Source of the DNA: Octopus vulgaris
Taxonomy: Eukaryota
Direction: 5' to 3'
Length of the DNA: 64,000 bases
Assembly: GCA_951406725.2 (NCBI GenBank)
Contig: OX597822.1
Coordinates: 2,170,001-2,234,000 of the forward strand
In this document: piece after piece, positions 27,650-41,803 of the stretch
How positions within the stretch are numbered: position 1 is the first letter of the stretch
Layout: every line of letters begins with the position of its first letter
Notes under the pieces: model-generated
What the model was told of the DNA's origin: nothing
Database searches by the model: none
Seen by the model: the letters and a program-made list of their open reading frames with translations, nothing else
Translations under genes and position numbers: made by a program

Positions 27650-29150
27650 TTTTTCTATGGATTATTTCCTCATTGTGCATGAATTATTTTGGTCTCTGTA
27701 AGGAATTCTTCTTTTCGAAGAGCATCAAAACATTTCCAGGTATTTGTTTGGGTGCTTGCTTGTTATTGATGTGCACAATGCTGATGAAACCCCTCAGGAG
27801 CATTGTTTGTCCGAGGCAATTCGTGAATTACTCGACTGTAAACATTCCAAAAGTTAACTAGACACAAGGGCTCTTCTCGTCTGCCACGTCTTGCTTTCTT
27901 TGGTCCAGTGTCCGTCAGCTCGAAATAGCTTATAATATCTATTGGAATTGATTCGTCCTCACAAAGATTTTCATAAGTATCAATTACTTCTTCACGTGGT
28001 AAAAATGCTGCCAGTGCGCAGAACATTTTTATTTTAGTGTCAAAAGAAACATCAGTCGTATATCGAAATTTATAACTTAGTTGACATAATTTCCTATCAA
28101 CCGTCTGGTAAATATGAAATAAGCAACCTACGCAGGTGTTTCCAGTAAAGTTGTAATCGCAGTTATTACGAACTTCCCGTTCAAAGTCAATTAATACTTG
28201 ACGGGTTTTAATATTGGGCCGCAATTTTATATTTCAAGAAAAGTCGTGATATGTTGCTTGTGTTTTGTCCAGCAGTAGAATGAAAGCTTCCGGATAAGAT
28301 CTACCATTTATAATAACATGAATGGTGAAAAGCTGATACCATGAACTTACTCTTTTAATTGTTTCAGTAATTTGACTGCGGCCATGCTGGAGCACCACCT
28401 TTAGTCGAGCAGATCGACCCTAGGACTTATTCTTTGTAAGCCTAGTACTTATTCTATCAGTCTCTTTTGCTGAACCACTAAGTTATGGGGCCGTAAACAC
28501 ACCGACATCGGTTGTCAAGCGACGTTGGGGGAGGAAAAACAGAGACACACAAACACACACACACACACATATATATATACATATATACAACGGGCTTCTT
28601 TCAGTTTCCGTCTACCAAATCCACTCACAAGGATTTGGTCGGCCCGGGGCTATAGTAGAAGACACTTACCAAGGTGGTTCGTAAGCAAACTACTTACCAC
28701 ACTATAGCCACTCCTACGCCTATAACTTGGTGATGATTTGAATATGCCATCCATTCCTAAAAATAAGCTGTTTTCGAGTTGTTGAAGTCCTTCGTTACAG
28801 GCGAAGATTAAAATCCTCTTTTCATCATTTCTGACTTTGTTGCATTGCAGCAAATCATTGTCTTCCAAGTATTTAAAAGAATCAGACACTTGAAATCCAG
28901 TTCGATAAAGAGACAATAGAAGAGCACCAAAAGCTTTATTTCACCAGTTTGTAAGACTTCCAGAAACTGTTTCCAACCGTGATAATTCATATTTCGCATT
29001 CTCACTAATATTATTTGCAGTTTCTGAAACGAGCACTCGAGTACTTGTTTCAATTCCATCTTGCAACTTTTTGTTTTAATAGTGAAATGGCGAATCGTGC
29101 TTCCCCTGCATTCGGTGCTGGTTAGTGATCATGACTGTTGATTGTTGAAA
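27650..29150 (-). pseudogene. MULE (Mutator-like) transposase remnant, interrupted by a SINE
   Basis: RILIFA..MDGIFKSSP|SSWYQLFTIH, LIDFE, VGCLFH, FWNVY..LPRTNNAPEGFH. Confidence 0.85.
28349..28720 (-). mobile_element. SINE family B inserted in the MULE ORF
   Basis: SINE B motifs flanked by aactt at 28344-28348 and 28724-28728. Confidence 0.85.
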
Positions 29151-29166
29151 TAATTATAGTTTCAAT

Positions 29167-29464
29167 GCAGCGAGCTGGCAGAACCGTTAGCACGCCGGGC
29201 GAAATGCGTAGCCGTATTTCGTTTGCCGTTACGTTCTGAGTTCAAATTCCGCCGAGGTCGACTTTGCCTAAACATAGAGGGGACAAACAAGGACAGACAA
29301 ACAGATTAAGTCGACCTCAATGCATAGCTGGTTCTTAATTAATCGATCTCGAAAGGATGAAAGGCAAAGTCGACCTCGGCGGAATTTGAACTCAGAACGT
29401 AACGGCAGACAAAATACGGCTACGCATTTCGCCCAGCGTGCTAACGTTTCTGCTAGCTCGCTGC
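29167..29464. mobile_element. Inverted pair of SINE family A heads (+ 29167-29269, - 29268-29464)
   Basis: ~100 bp arms gcagcgagctggcagaa...gtcgactttgcct / aggcaaagtcgac...agctcgctgc. Confidence 0.9.
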
Positions 29465-29514
29465 CTTTATCTATCTATGTATCTATGTATCTATGTATGT
29501 ATGTATGTATCTAA

Positions 29515-29600
<86 letters not shown>

Positions 29601-29780
29601 CTCTCTCTCTATCTATCTATCTGTTTCTCTATCTATCTGTATGTCTAACTGTCTGTCTGTCTGTCTGTCTGCTGATATATACATATATATATATAAGTTC
29701 AGCAAAATTTAGATTAAGTTAAAGGCACCAGAATTTGGTATGGTATTATCCATATAAATCAAATGGGGTGATTATAATCA

Positions 29781-30163
29781 AAATAAGCAACAAGGATATC
29801 CACGGTAGTTTTGTACAATCGTTTCATACTTCTTCTGTTTATTAGACCCTGTAAGTATTACATCAGTTTTAAAATGTCGAGCAATCTTCAGTCACATATA
29901 GAATTTTTATTTAAATTGACAATGTATATTTTTATACGTATTTCATTTGCCAACATTACAAAGAGGGTAGATATATAGATAGAGAGGTTAATTTCATCCT
30001 TAAGAGTATAACAATGTACATTGTTCATTTAATAAACACATTCTATATGCAGCTGAAGATTGCTCGACATTTTAAAACTGATGTAATACTTACAGTGTTT
30101 AATAAAACAAAGTAGCATGAATCGATTGTACTACACTATCTTGGATATCCTTGTTGCTTATTT
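29781..30163. repeat. Inverted repeat (29781-29904 / 30040-30163) carrying degenerate long-stem-II HHRs
   Basis: Arms share CTGAAGATTGCTCGACATTTTAAAACTGATGTAATACTTACAG, GAA(A/T)CGATTGTA and ggatatccttgttgcttattt. Confidence 0.8.
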
Positions 30164-30182
30164 GGATATATATATATATAAA

Positions 30183-30411
30183 TTTCTTTATTGCCCACAA
30201 GGTGCTAAACACAGAGGGGACAAACAAAGACAGACAAAGGGATTAAGTGTACTACATCGCCCCCAGTGCGTTACTAGTACTTTATTTATCGACCCCGAAA
30301 GGATGAAAGGCAAAGTCGACCTCGGCGGAATTTGAACTCGGAACGTATCGACAGACGAAATACAGCTACGCATTTCGCCCGACGTGCTAACGTTTCTGCC
30401 AGCTCGCCGCC
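30183..30411 (-). mobile_element. SINE family A, full length
   Basis: From tail tttctttattgcccacaagg to head tctgccagctcgccgcc. Confidence 0.9.
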
Positions 30412-30418
30412 TTTATAT

Positions 30419-30593
<175 letters not shown>

Positions 30594-30919
30594 CATACAC
30601 ACACATATGTGTGTGTGTGTATGTATAATAGAGCTGAAACTTCAGCCTATTCTCAGTCATTTGCATCTGTTTATCTCAAACTAATAATCACTGAGAAAAG
30701 AGCAATAGGGGATGGAAATAACAATTGTGGTGTATTTAAATCTCACCGAATAAATATAATTTCTTGAAATAAACTTAACTACGTATAGCATGTAAGTCTT
30801 TTTCATTTCGTTTCTAAATCCAAAAGTTTAGATGATACAAGCAAACTCATATAGAATAAAATAATTCCGTATTATATTAGATTAAGCAATCTTTTGCATT
30901 TTACAAAACAGAAGCACAG

Positions 30920-31060
30920 TCGGGACTCTGAGATATATTTCACTATCCGTATCCGTATAAAATGCCAAATATCTCCTAAAGATTTCATGCAGTGGTGTTA
31001 GCCTCGAGCAACTACAGTTTACTTTCAGTAGGGCTATACATAGTTGTTTGCTTCGCATCA
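30920..31060 (-). pseudogene. Possible family-B DNA polymerase (Polinton-like) fragment
   Basis: CIALLKVNCSCSRLTPLHEIFRRYLAFYTDTDSEIY contains the YxDTDS motif C in a plausible context. Confidence 0.35.
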
Positions 31061-31396
31061 GTATAAAGATGTTTTCAGCGATAGTTCTTTCACCTATACA
31101 ACACATGTATATGAGGCCATGACATAGAATCATAGATTTAAGCAATTTCAATAGAATAAATATTCTACAAACAAACATTGAAATGTCAAAATAGAAAGAA
31201 TATCTCTGGCCTCCAGTTACATTTCGGTCGGCGAACTATATATTTGAAACATCTATCACGTTTCTGTTGTGTATGTGTGTATGTTTGTGTGTGTCTTTTT
31301 AAATCTCTATGTTTGTATGTATGTATGTATGTATGTATGTATGTATGTATCTATCTATCTATCTATCTGACTGTCTACCTCTGTGTGTGTGTGCAT

Positions 31397-31431
<35 letters not shown>

Positions 31432-31557
31432 CGTGTGAACATTTGTGTATTTGTACGTGGAGAAAAAAAGGTATATGTATAGGTATATTTGTGTGTTTAC
31501 CCGTAAGTTCTTGAGTGTGTTTACATGCATATATAAATATAGTATATTTATGTAGCA

Positions 31558-31673
<116 letters not shown>

Positions 31674-32157
31674 CGTGTATGTATATAAATAAATGTGTGT
31701 GTGTGTTTATGTATATGCACATACACACACATATATATATATGTATGTAGATAGATAAACAGATTGGTAGATAAATATATAGATAGACTGACAGATTGAG
31801 AGCGAGAGAGAGAGAGGGGGGAGAGAAAGAGCGATGTATATACATATAGAAATATTTGTGCGCATAGATGTTTATGTAAAATAAAAATCCCACGCACAAA
31901 TTTTTTTTTATTTATCAAATGCCTAGTAACTATAGAATAAATGCATTATCCAAAATCTCATAAAACGGGGCACAGCATTTAATCCGTTCAACCATAAACT
32001 GGCATTAATAGCTTACAAGAAAATAATAAAATTAAAAATACAACATATCACTGACAAGCCGCATGTATATAAGCCCCTAGAGAATCTACTAATAGCAAAC
32101 CTGACTTATATATTTTGCTGCACATGTATGAGCTGTCAGTTTTAGGTCTCCAGAAGG

Positions 32158-32370
32158 TAGGGAGCTGGCAGAATCGTTAGCACGTTGGGAAAATTGCTTA
32201 GCGGCATTTAGTCCACTTTTACGTTCTGAGTTCAAATTCCTCCGAGGTTGACTTTGCTTTTCATCCTTTCGGCGTCGAGAAAGTAAGTACCAGTTGAGCA
32301 TTGGGCTCGATGTAATCGACTCAGCCTCTCACTTCGACTTGCAGGCCTTGAGCTAAAATTTAAAATCAAT
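32158..32370 (+). mobile_element. SINE family A
   Basis: gagctggcagaatcgttagcac...gttctgagttcaaattcc...tcatcctttcgg. Confidence 0.8.
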
Positions 32371-32451
32371 TTTAGGTCTCCAAATACCTATACAATATTT
32401 CCCGCCGGCCTACAATGCACCTACTCAATACATTCGACCAATGGTTACAGA

Positions 32452-32980
32452 ACGAAGGGTTACCCAAAAGTAACTGGAATTGTTCTGTCGGACAAGATCG
32501 TTGTAGTTCAGGCCTCCACCGCTAGATGCCACTTGATGTGACCGTCGGGCATTAGTCTGCCGACTGACGTTGTCCAGTGGGTTCATACTGCCGTGTGGCG
32601 CGTCTTCGTTTTGCAGTACTTCTCCCCAGTTCGTAGATTCTTGCGTTGGCTGAAAGGAAAGAACAGTGTGTCTCCAAGAAAATCTGTTCCGGGGAAAACG
32701 GCAGCCGAAACAGTTATCCTTCTCGAAACGGCTGACAAGGCCTCTGCCATGAGCAAAACCCAACTTTACGAGTGATTTTCACACTTTAGGCATGGTCACT
32801 TGTGGCTTGAGGACCAGCCTGGTTCAGGGCGACCGATCGAAGGAAAACATCATGAAAATTGATGAACTGATCTAGGAGGACCGTCGTCGAATACTTTGAA
32901 GGCGATAAAAGTCTAAATATGTAAAACTAAATGAATAAAATAATATCGCAAACTGCCGGCTTCTTTTGGGTACCTCTTCA
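32452..32980 (+). mobile_element. Internally deleted mariner element
   Basis: TIRs acgaagggttacccaaaagtaactgg / ccggcttcttttgggtacctcttca followed by TA. N-terminal HTH remnant GKTAAETVILLETA..AMSKTQLYE*FSHFRHG..LEDQPGSGRP. Confidence 0.8.
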
Positions 32981-33107
32981 TACACATCACCTTACTGAAT
33001 GAAAAACGAGGAAGTATTAGAAAATAACTTATCTATAAGTGATGGACTACACAAATTATTGAATAAATGAAATGCTTATTGCAAAGAAGAGTATAAAACA
33101 TAAAAAA

Positions 33108-33330
33108 TCATTTCACACACCTGGTGGAAAAAATGTGACTGACGTGCAGCCATCTTGAGAGTCTTTCAGAAATTCTGTTAATGATCTCATTGGTCCACAG
33201 AATTGACAGGGATTCCTCGCAGCAGAGTCGGCATCTCCTGGAAATGATATTGTATGGTTTCGAAAGACTCTCAAGATGGCTGTCCGTATATAAATGCACT
33301 TTCGCACAATGCATTGGGATGGAATTTGGA
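33108..33330 (-). pseudogene. PLE GIY-YIG C-terminal remnant
   Basis: SKPYNIISRRCRLCCEESLSIL..IINRISE..WLH matches the PLE tail pattern PY...RCxLC.EK..I...LN..SE...C.H. Confidence 0.6.
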
Positions 33331-33900
33331 TAACTGTTAACTTAATTTACTTTAAGGTATGGATGAATTAAGTTTAACTTTAATCTACACATTTTCATAA
33401 ACACCAAGTGGCTACTTAACTCGCTTTGTGATCGAGTGTCACCAAGCCACACGTGTGCGTATGCTTAGATTTTTGTGGATGTTTGAATGAGCGACTGTAC
33501 ACGAACCATGCAGCTATTAATGCCAGTTTATCCATCCATATCTGTCACCGGTTATCTTTAATACTTTACTTGTTGTATTGCGTATTCGTTTCCTTTTTTG
33601 GATCTGGGATTTTATTTTTGATCTTCGATATAAATGCAGATATTTCCTTCATTTTGCTGATTATCTCTCTACAAAATGAGAGGATACATTGCGAAAATGT
33701 TATTTTCACGAGATGTATCTATTTATCACTCGATAAAACACATCTGCACCGCTGAATGTTCCGGAACCTGATGTTAAGTGTCCAACCCGTGAGGGATCGA
33801 TGCTAGATGTGTCGAAACAATTGTCGTGATTAATAAAAATTCTCGTATATTCCATCTTCCGTCAATCATTTACCATATATATAGGAGAGTATTGTAGATC

Positions 33901-34704
33901 ACTGGATTACTATCACTACTTGACTTCCAACTGAATATAACGGAAGAAGAGAAGATCCACACCGACTTCTACAGCAAAGCAGCCAGTAAAGATATGTTTG
34001 TCCAGTACAATTCAGCATTTCCACTCGGTGCCAAAATAGGATACGCCAGAAATGAACTTGCACGCATCCAGGACAAGTGCAGCAGGACAGAGGACAAGGT
34101 GACCCACACAACATGCTTCCTAGATATACTGAAAACCAACGGATAGCCTAGATCCATTGTAAATCGGTTTAAGTACCCAAGACGACCAACACGCCGAACG
34201 CATAGAAAACCCAGCAACACATGCTTCCTGAAAATACCCCATTTTAGCGAGAGGATAACTACAGCCATCCGAAGAGCCATAAGAAGAGAAGGGCTAGACA
34301 TACAACTAGCCCACTCTGGCCCCTCTCTGAGAAGACACCTCGCAAAGAAACGAACAAGGGACAACATTCAATGTACACTAACAAATTGTCCCATTCGTGA
34401 CATAGATTTATGCGAAAGGGTAAATGTTATGTATAGAATACAATGTAACAAATGCAACAAGTTCTATGTGGGTAGCAGCTCAAGACTCCTACACGTCCGC
34501 ATCAAAGAACATCTGAACACGAGAGCCTCCTCCTTCAGAAAACATCTAGACAGACGCCGGAACACCGACAAAAGCACAAGAGTCACAATTGAGGCCAATG
34601 ACAGATCTTTGGGAAAATTTAGAATTAAGGAAGCTATATTCATACACAGGCTAAGGGTCCAAATTAACAACAGACTGGAGGTTGGTAATCAATATATTAT
34701 TTAG
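33901..34704 (+). pseudogene. 5'-truncated PLE of a second lineage: RT thumb plus GIY-YIG, one internal stop at 34144
   Basis: SLLDFQLNI..TDFYSK..YNSAFP..NG*P..LKIPHF..CTLTNCP..LC..VMYRIQCNKCNKFYVGSSSRLLHVRIKEH..IKEAIFI..QINNR. Confidence 0.85.
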
Positions 34705-35023
34705 CTACATCTTGATGCGTGTAGGTTCATTTTTGATAACATACTCATGTAATGTTTTTTAACAAAAAAAGAAAAAAGAGAGGAAAAGGAGAAGGGAAAA
34801 AGTAAAAGGAAGCTGCACGTATAACACATAACTTAGAAGCAGCGCTATGGATGTGCCAGCACACACGTGATTGAGACATCGCCGACCTCACACACTTCTC
34901 ATGAGGAATTCCGGAAGGAGCTTCCTGAGACACACTGCTGAGACGCTTCTGAAAAAAAATACAAAAACAAACAGAAAAGCCGTTGGAAAACAGATTATAG
35001 CAGCGACTCCATCAATTCCTAGG

Positions 35024-35063
35024 GATATCTGAAGAAGGAATTTTTATTCGGAAATATCATATC
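35024..35063 (+). ncRNA. Minimal type I HHR-like motif in the 3' UTR of the PLE at 33901
   Basis: gatat-CTGAAGA-ag-gaat(tttt)attc-g-GAAA-ta-TC-atatc. Stem III is reduced to one pair. Confidence 0.55.
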
Positions 35064-35394
35064 AGACTATGCATGATTACATTACAACAGTTATTATAGC
35101 CCATTGTTGTTATTATAGTGCATTGTTCCGTCATTCTTTACAAACATGCATGTCTCTAGGTGCAGGTCCTAACTGGTGGAGGTGCTTGCCTCCCCTTCGC
35201 AAATATAAGGACACAGGAAATGTGTCAAAGCCGACAGGAAGCGTCGATGGCTAAATAGGGCTAAATAGCGGTGGTGTAATTCCCTTTACAGGACTGTCAC
35301 GTTAAGTTGACTGTATACAACCACTCTCTCTCTCTCTCTCTCTCTGTATATATATATATATATGTGATAGATAGATAGATAGATAGATAAATAA

Positions 35395-35448
<54 letters not shown>

Positions 35449-35477
35449 TGATAGATAGATATATAGATATAGATATA

Positions 35478-36023
<546 letters not shown>

Positions 36024-36401
36024 AATTGATAAATAACTTATATGCATACATACATACATATATGTACGTACCTACATCTACATGTATATACACATGCATA
36101 TATAAATATATATATATGAGTACAGGACACCACAAATAGACGTAGAACTCAACGAGAAACGAAAACGTAAAAACAAACATGGAAACGAACTTTTTTTAAC
36201 AACGAAAAAACAGGGTACACGACAAACAATACAAGGAAAATTCCCCTTCATCAGCTGTCCCTAGTTCGACTCCATGCGTATTAATTTATTGCATGACTGA
36301 GCGCCCTCGCGTCGTTTCGTTTCTTTTCTGTTCTCCAAGTAAGTTTTTATATATATATATATATTTGAGTATATGCATATATATATATATTTGTATATAT
36401 G

Positions 36402-36453
<52 letters not shown>

Positions 36454-36456
36454 TAC

Positions 36457-36505
<49 letters not shown>

Positions 36506-36516
36506 CATACATATAC

Positions 36517-36563
<47 letters not shown>

Positions 36564-37049
36564 TATATACGATTGTACACATACACATGCGCTCGTGCAT
36601 AAATATAGAAGCTTGGAGAAACATAGTTTTAGCGCGATTTGTCTCGAAAGCAAACAATAATATAAATGTAAATAATAGAAGGTAATGCATAGGATTGAAA
36701 TCGCTGAACAAGAAAACATGGAAAGCTACCTTTGACTTTAGGACTATGTATCTACTGTAAGCGAAAAATGTGGCACCATTTCACGTGAGTAACTTTACAA
36801 TTCTCCACCATCCATATTCCCCTCTTTAATCTTACAAGAGTGTAAGTATGTTTATATTCAGGACTGAAATATCGAAGCAACGACATATAATTCAAATAAA
36901 ATTGACAAAACTTAAACAACTCTTCTGATCTATGTTTTCTTCAGCCATTTTGCTTTCTTAGAACTTTATCAATTTCTGGCTGTAAAAAAAAAAAATGAGC
37001 AGCCGTCGGACGAATACTTACAGTTCGGCGCCTACTTGAAGGATAAAAG

Positions 37050-38000
37050 CCAGAAATCTTGAAACGGTTTAACTGTTTGTTGATTTTTCAAACGCTTTTG
37101 ACTCTATCCACTTTGGTGAAATAGAAACAAATATTACTGGTTTATGGTATCCTTGAGGAAACAACAGCAGCAAATATGATGCTTTATAACATCAAATCAA
37201 TGGTAAGTTCTCCAGATGGAAAAAGAAGTTTCTTTGATATCAGAGCTGGAGTACTCCAGGGGTCACATTGGCACCTTTTCTCCCTGTTATCACTCTGGGT
37301 TATGTCCTCAGAACATCAGTTAACAATCTAAGCATTCCCGGTTTCACACTCATGAGAGAATTGATCGAACGTCCAGGCCAAAGTTAGCCGATGTAGACTA
37401 TGCTGTTGAATTAACCTTGCTCTCTGGCACAATATCAAACTCCAACCTATTATTTTGTAGTCTAGAATTAGCTGTACGTGATGATATACTGCTTGCTAAT
37501 CCTAGTAGAACCAAATGCATTGTTCACAATCAACAAGGGCCCATCACCAACATCTGCAGATATCTCATCCATTATGTTGATGATTTGACATACATCGGTT
37601 CTGAGATTGTCTCAAATGAAAAGGATGTAAAAACTTGAACAGCCAAAGCATGATAAGTTCTAAACAACCTGGATGTTGTCTGGAGATGACCCTGCCCGGC
37701 AATTTTAATAGGAATTTTTCCGTACAACAATAAAATCAGTCCTTTTATATGGAGCAACAACCTGGAGGCTTACCAAAAATAAAAACACTGGAATCCAAGT
37801 TAGATGGAACATGCACCCGAATATTAAGAACAGTCTGAAACATATCTTGAAGAATTCCTCCAACGAAGAAACAGCTGTATGGAGATCTGCTTGTTTCCAT
37901 CATTATTAGGGAAAAGAACTTGCTCTTTTCTAGATATTTCTGGTGAGCTAACCAAGTGCAGGCAAGTAACCAACTGCTATGGATGCCAAAGTATGACCTA
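37050..38000 (+). pseudogene. RTE-clade LINE reverse transcriptase remnant
   Basis: DFSNAFDSIH..YGI..VSSPDG..FFDIRAGVLQG..LAPFL..DVDYAVE..LTYIGS..SVLLYGATTW..KLDGTCTRILR..QLYG, with stops and frameshifts. Confidence 0.85.
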
Positions 38001-38330
38001 CTCCAGCAGGTTGTCCGAACACAACTCATCAGAGCAAAAGCAAATGTTTTCTTCACCACCTCACCACCACCACCACCAACACCCAAAATTAATTTCTCTT
38101 CCAAAAAGAGAGTAGATTTATCTCTTTCTAAAAAGCTTTCATTAGAATGTATCGAGATACTGTGTTGTCACAAAACTGTTTAAACTTTAATAACTTAATC
38201 GATCTGCAACTACTACTTGGATTTAATTTCATTTTATACAAACTTTGTTTTTCTTCTTTTGGAATTCAGAAAGGTATGTACAAATAACTTCTTTTGCACA
38301 CACACACACACACATACACACACACACACA

Positions 38331-38369
<39 letters not shown>

Positions 38370-38519
38370 GGTAAAACTTCAGTATTATTTATAATTATAT
38401 AAAATTAAAGCTCAACTTCAACTAAAATGATCTTTTTTTTTATTTTGTAATTCGTATTTGTCATGAGCGTCTTTAGAAACTTTATCGCCCACTTATTTTT
38501 TTCCAAAAATTTCTCCAGG

Positions 38520-39190
38520 TTCCTGTTTTCGATATAGAAGATTAGGATTTTGCCTCCAAAATACATGTTTTCAAAATGTTAATAATTCTAATCCGCCCCA
38601 GCCCAAATCTTTAACTTTTAACAGTTTTCGAATTGTTTTTAATCCGCGTAGAAAAATAGAGATTACGAATCTTAAGAATTCTTTTGAAAATTTATCTTAA
38701 AGAAACACTCAAACTCCCTTCTCCACCCTCCACCCATCACCTCAGAAAGTTTTACTTTTAGTATTTTTGGAAGAGGGTAAGTTTTTCCAGAAATAATGTC
38801 ATTTAGCTGTTGTTTCTAGCATGTCGGGATTCTGGTGGTAGTCAGATATTTTTGACGAATGCTATTTCAGCAGAATTCCACGCATGCTTGAAACATCAGT
38901 CGAAAGTTAAACATTGAGTTTATATTGTTTTTGAATACGAGGAGGTGATGGATGGACGAGGGGTGGGTGAGGGTTAAGGGGCATTAAGTGTTTCTTAAAG
39001 AAAATTTTAAAGTTAAAAAAAATCCCAAATTCGTAATCTCTGTATTTTTATAAGTGGATTTTATAAAAAAAATTGAAAACAAAAGTGAAGAGTTAAGAAA
39101 TTGGCTTGGGGGATTGAGGTTGAGATTCAAATTTTGAAAACGTGATTTTGGGGCAAAATCGTATTTTCCTCTATCGAAAACAGAAATTCG
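38520..39190. mobile_element. Old foldback/MITE-like long imperfect palindrome centred near 38850
   Basis: ctgttttcgata/tatcgaaaacag, gttttcaaaat/attttgaaaac, agagattacgaat/attcgtaatctct, agaaacact/agtgtttct, catcacctc/gaggtgatg. Confidence 0.7.
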
Positions 39191-39735
39191 AAAACGTTTT
39201 CGAAAAAAATAGATGAATAAAAAACCCGAAAACAGGTAGTGTGCACAATCTTTACCTCCGCATACAATTATAAACATGACTAAGAAAGACGTGTTGTTGA
39301 TATTCATACACCTACGCCAGGTAATATTTATGGAAATGAAAACGCAGCGAACTAAAACGAACCGACACTATGCACGATCAGCTGTTATTGAATTAATCAT
39401 TTATACGGTTTAGAAATAAATAATGAAATATTAAACAATCAATCTGTGCTGCACTTTGTACGTTATCACTGGAGCACAAATGTCTTTCTGATTTTCAAGA
39501 AACTACCATCATGCTAGAGGAAAGATTCTTGAATAATTTTGGAGTTGTTAGAAGACATTGGATCGAACCACCCTTCAGGCCGCCCTAGCAACCTCGCATG
39601 ATTTCCAAAAGTATTGAATCACTCATCCTTTTCGAACAAATGAGTAGGTTCGAGAGAAGTTATTCGATAAATTAATGAGCTGCATTTCCCATAACAATAA
39701 CATTATTCCGACAAAGGATATCTATCTATCTATCA

Positions 39736-39810
<75 letters not shown>

Positions 39811-39969
39811 GGTAGAAATACATGTATGTATGGATGTATGTATGTGTGTACGCGTGTACGTATGTATGTATATATATGTGTATATATATATATGTGTGTG
39901 TATGTATATATATATGTATGTTTATATTTACATGAATATATAAAATATATATATGTATATATATGTATA

Positions 39970-40047
<78 letters not shown>

Positions 40048-40146
40048 CAACTAATAAGGGTGAGAAAATTGGATACTAATTTAATAGTACCATCAATTTA
40101 ACACCAAGTGGCTTAGTGCATAAAAACCCGGAATACAATAAATTTT

Positions 40147-40600
<454 letters not shown>

Positions 40601-41040
40601 TATGTATGTGTGTGTGTGTGTGTGTGAGTTAGCGAGTGTGCGTGAGCGTGTGTCTGAGTTAGTAACTTTTGAAGAATATATTATTTGCATTAACAATTAA
40701 ACAATTGTTTGAAAAGATGTAAAAAAAAGAATTCTTTGAAGTACTCTATCTTGTTTGTGCACAAAAGTTCAGTCGCCATTCACTATCAACTTCTTTCATT
40801 ATCTTATTTATTTGCCTTTATACATTTATATATACGATGTGACAAAGCCTGTACCTGAGCTCCTGTCTATTTGATCCGTAATCAACAAAGTATATTATAT
40901 TGTAATGAATACATACCAGAAACCCTCCAGACAGAGTTCAACACGAGCTTAATCTAAAGAAACGGTACGATCTTCTAGACATACAATTTAAGAGTATGTC
41001 TCTATATATACAATGTATATACATATATCCATCCGTCCAT

Positions 41041-41079
<39 letters not shown>

Positions 41080-41080
<1 letters not shown>

Positions 41081-41461
41081 GCGCAGGAGTGGCTGTGTGG
41101 TAAGTAGCTTGCTAAACAACCACATGGTTCCGGGTTCAGTCCACTGCGTGGCATCTTGGGCAAGTGTCTTCTGCTATAGCCCCGGGCCGACAATGCCTTG
41201 TGAGTGGATTTGGTAGACGGAAACTGAAAGAAGCCTGTCGTATATATATATATATATGTGTTTGTGTGTCTGTGTTTGTCCCCCTAGCATTGCTTGACAA
41301 CCGATGCTGGTGTGTTTACGTCCCCGTCACTTAGCGGTTCGGCAAGAGAGACTGTTAGAATAAGTACTGGGCTTACAAAGAATAAGTCCCGGGGTCGATT
41401 TGCTCGACTAAAGGTGGTGCTCCAGCATGGCCGCAGTCAAATGACTGAAACAAGTAAAAGA
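41080..41461 (+). mobile_element. SINE family B (CORE-like), full length
   Basis: tRNA-like head ggcgcaggagtggctgtgtggtaag..gggttcagtcc, CORE-like cttgggcaagtgtctt, internal (TA)/(TG), tail gactgaaacaagtaaaaga. Confidence 0.9.
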
Positions 41462-41570
41462 AAAAGAAAGAAGAAAGAAAGAAAAAAAATGTACATAGAC
41501 ATAGACATACATATATACATACATACATATATATACATACATACATACATATATAGACATACATACATAT

Positions 41571-41625
<55 letters not shown>

Positions 41626-41771
41626 CATACATATACATATATTTATATATATACATATATATACATCCATATATAGTCATACATACACATATATATATAC
41701 ACATATATATATATGCATATATATATATACATACATATATATATACATATACATATATTTATATATATACT

Positions 41772-41803
<32 letters not shown>

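Noticed and set aside
36225-36290. Minus-strand CTGATGA followed by a hairpin
   Set aside because: No downstream GAAA/stem III; at most a decayed pLTR motif.
41080-41155. tRNA genes at SINE heads
   Set aside because: A/B-box-like heads continue into SINE cores and lack a full cloverleaf.
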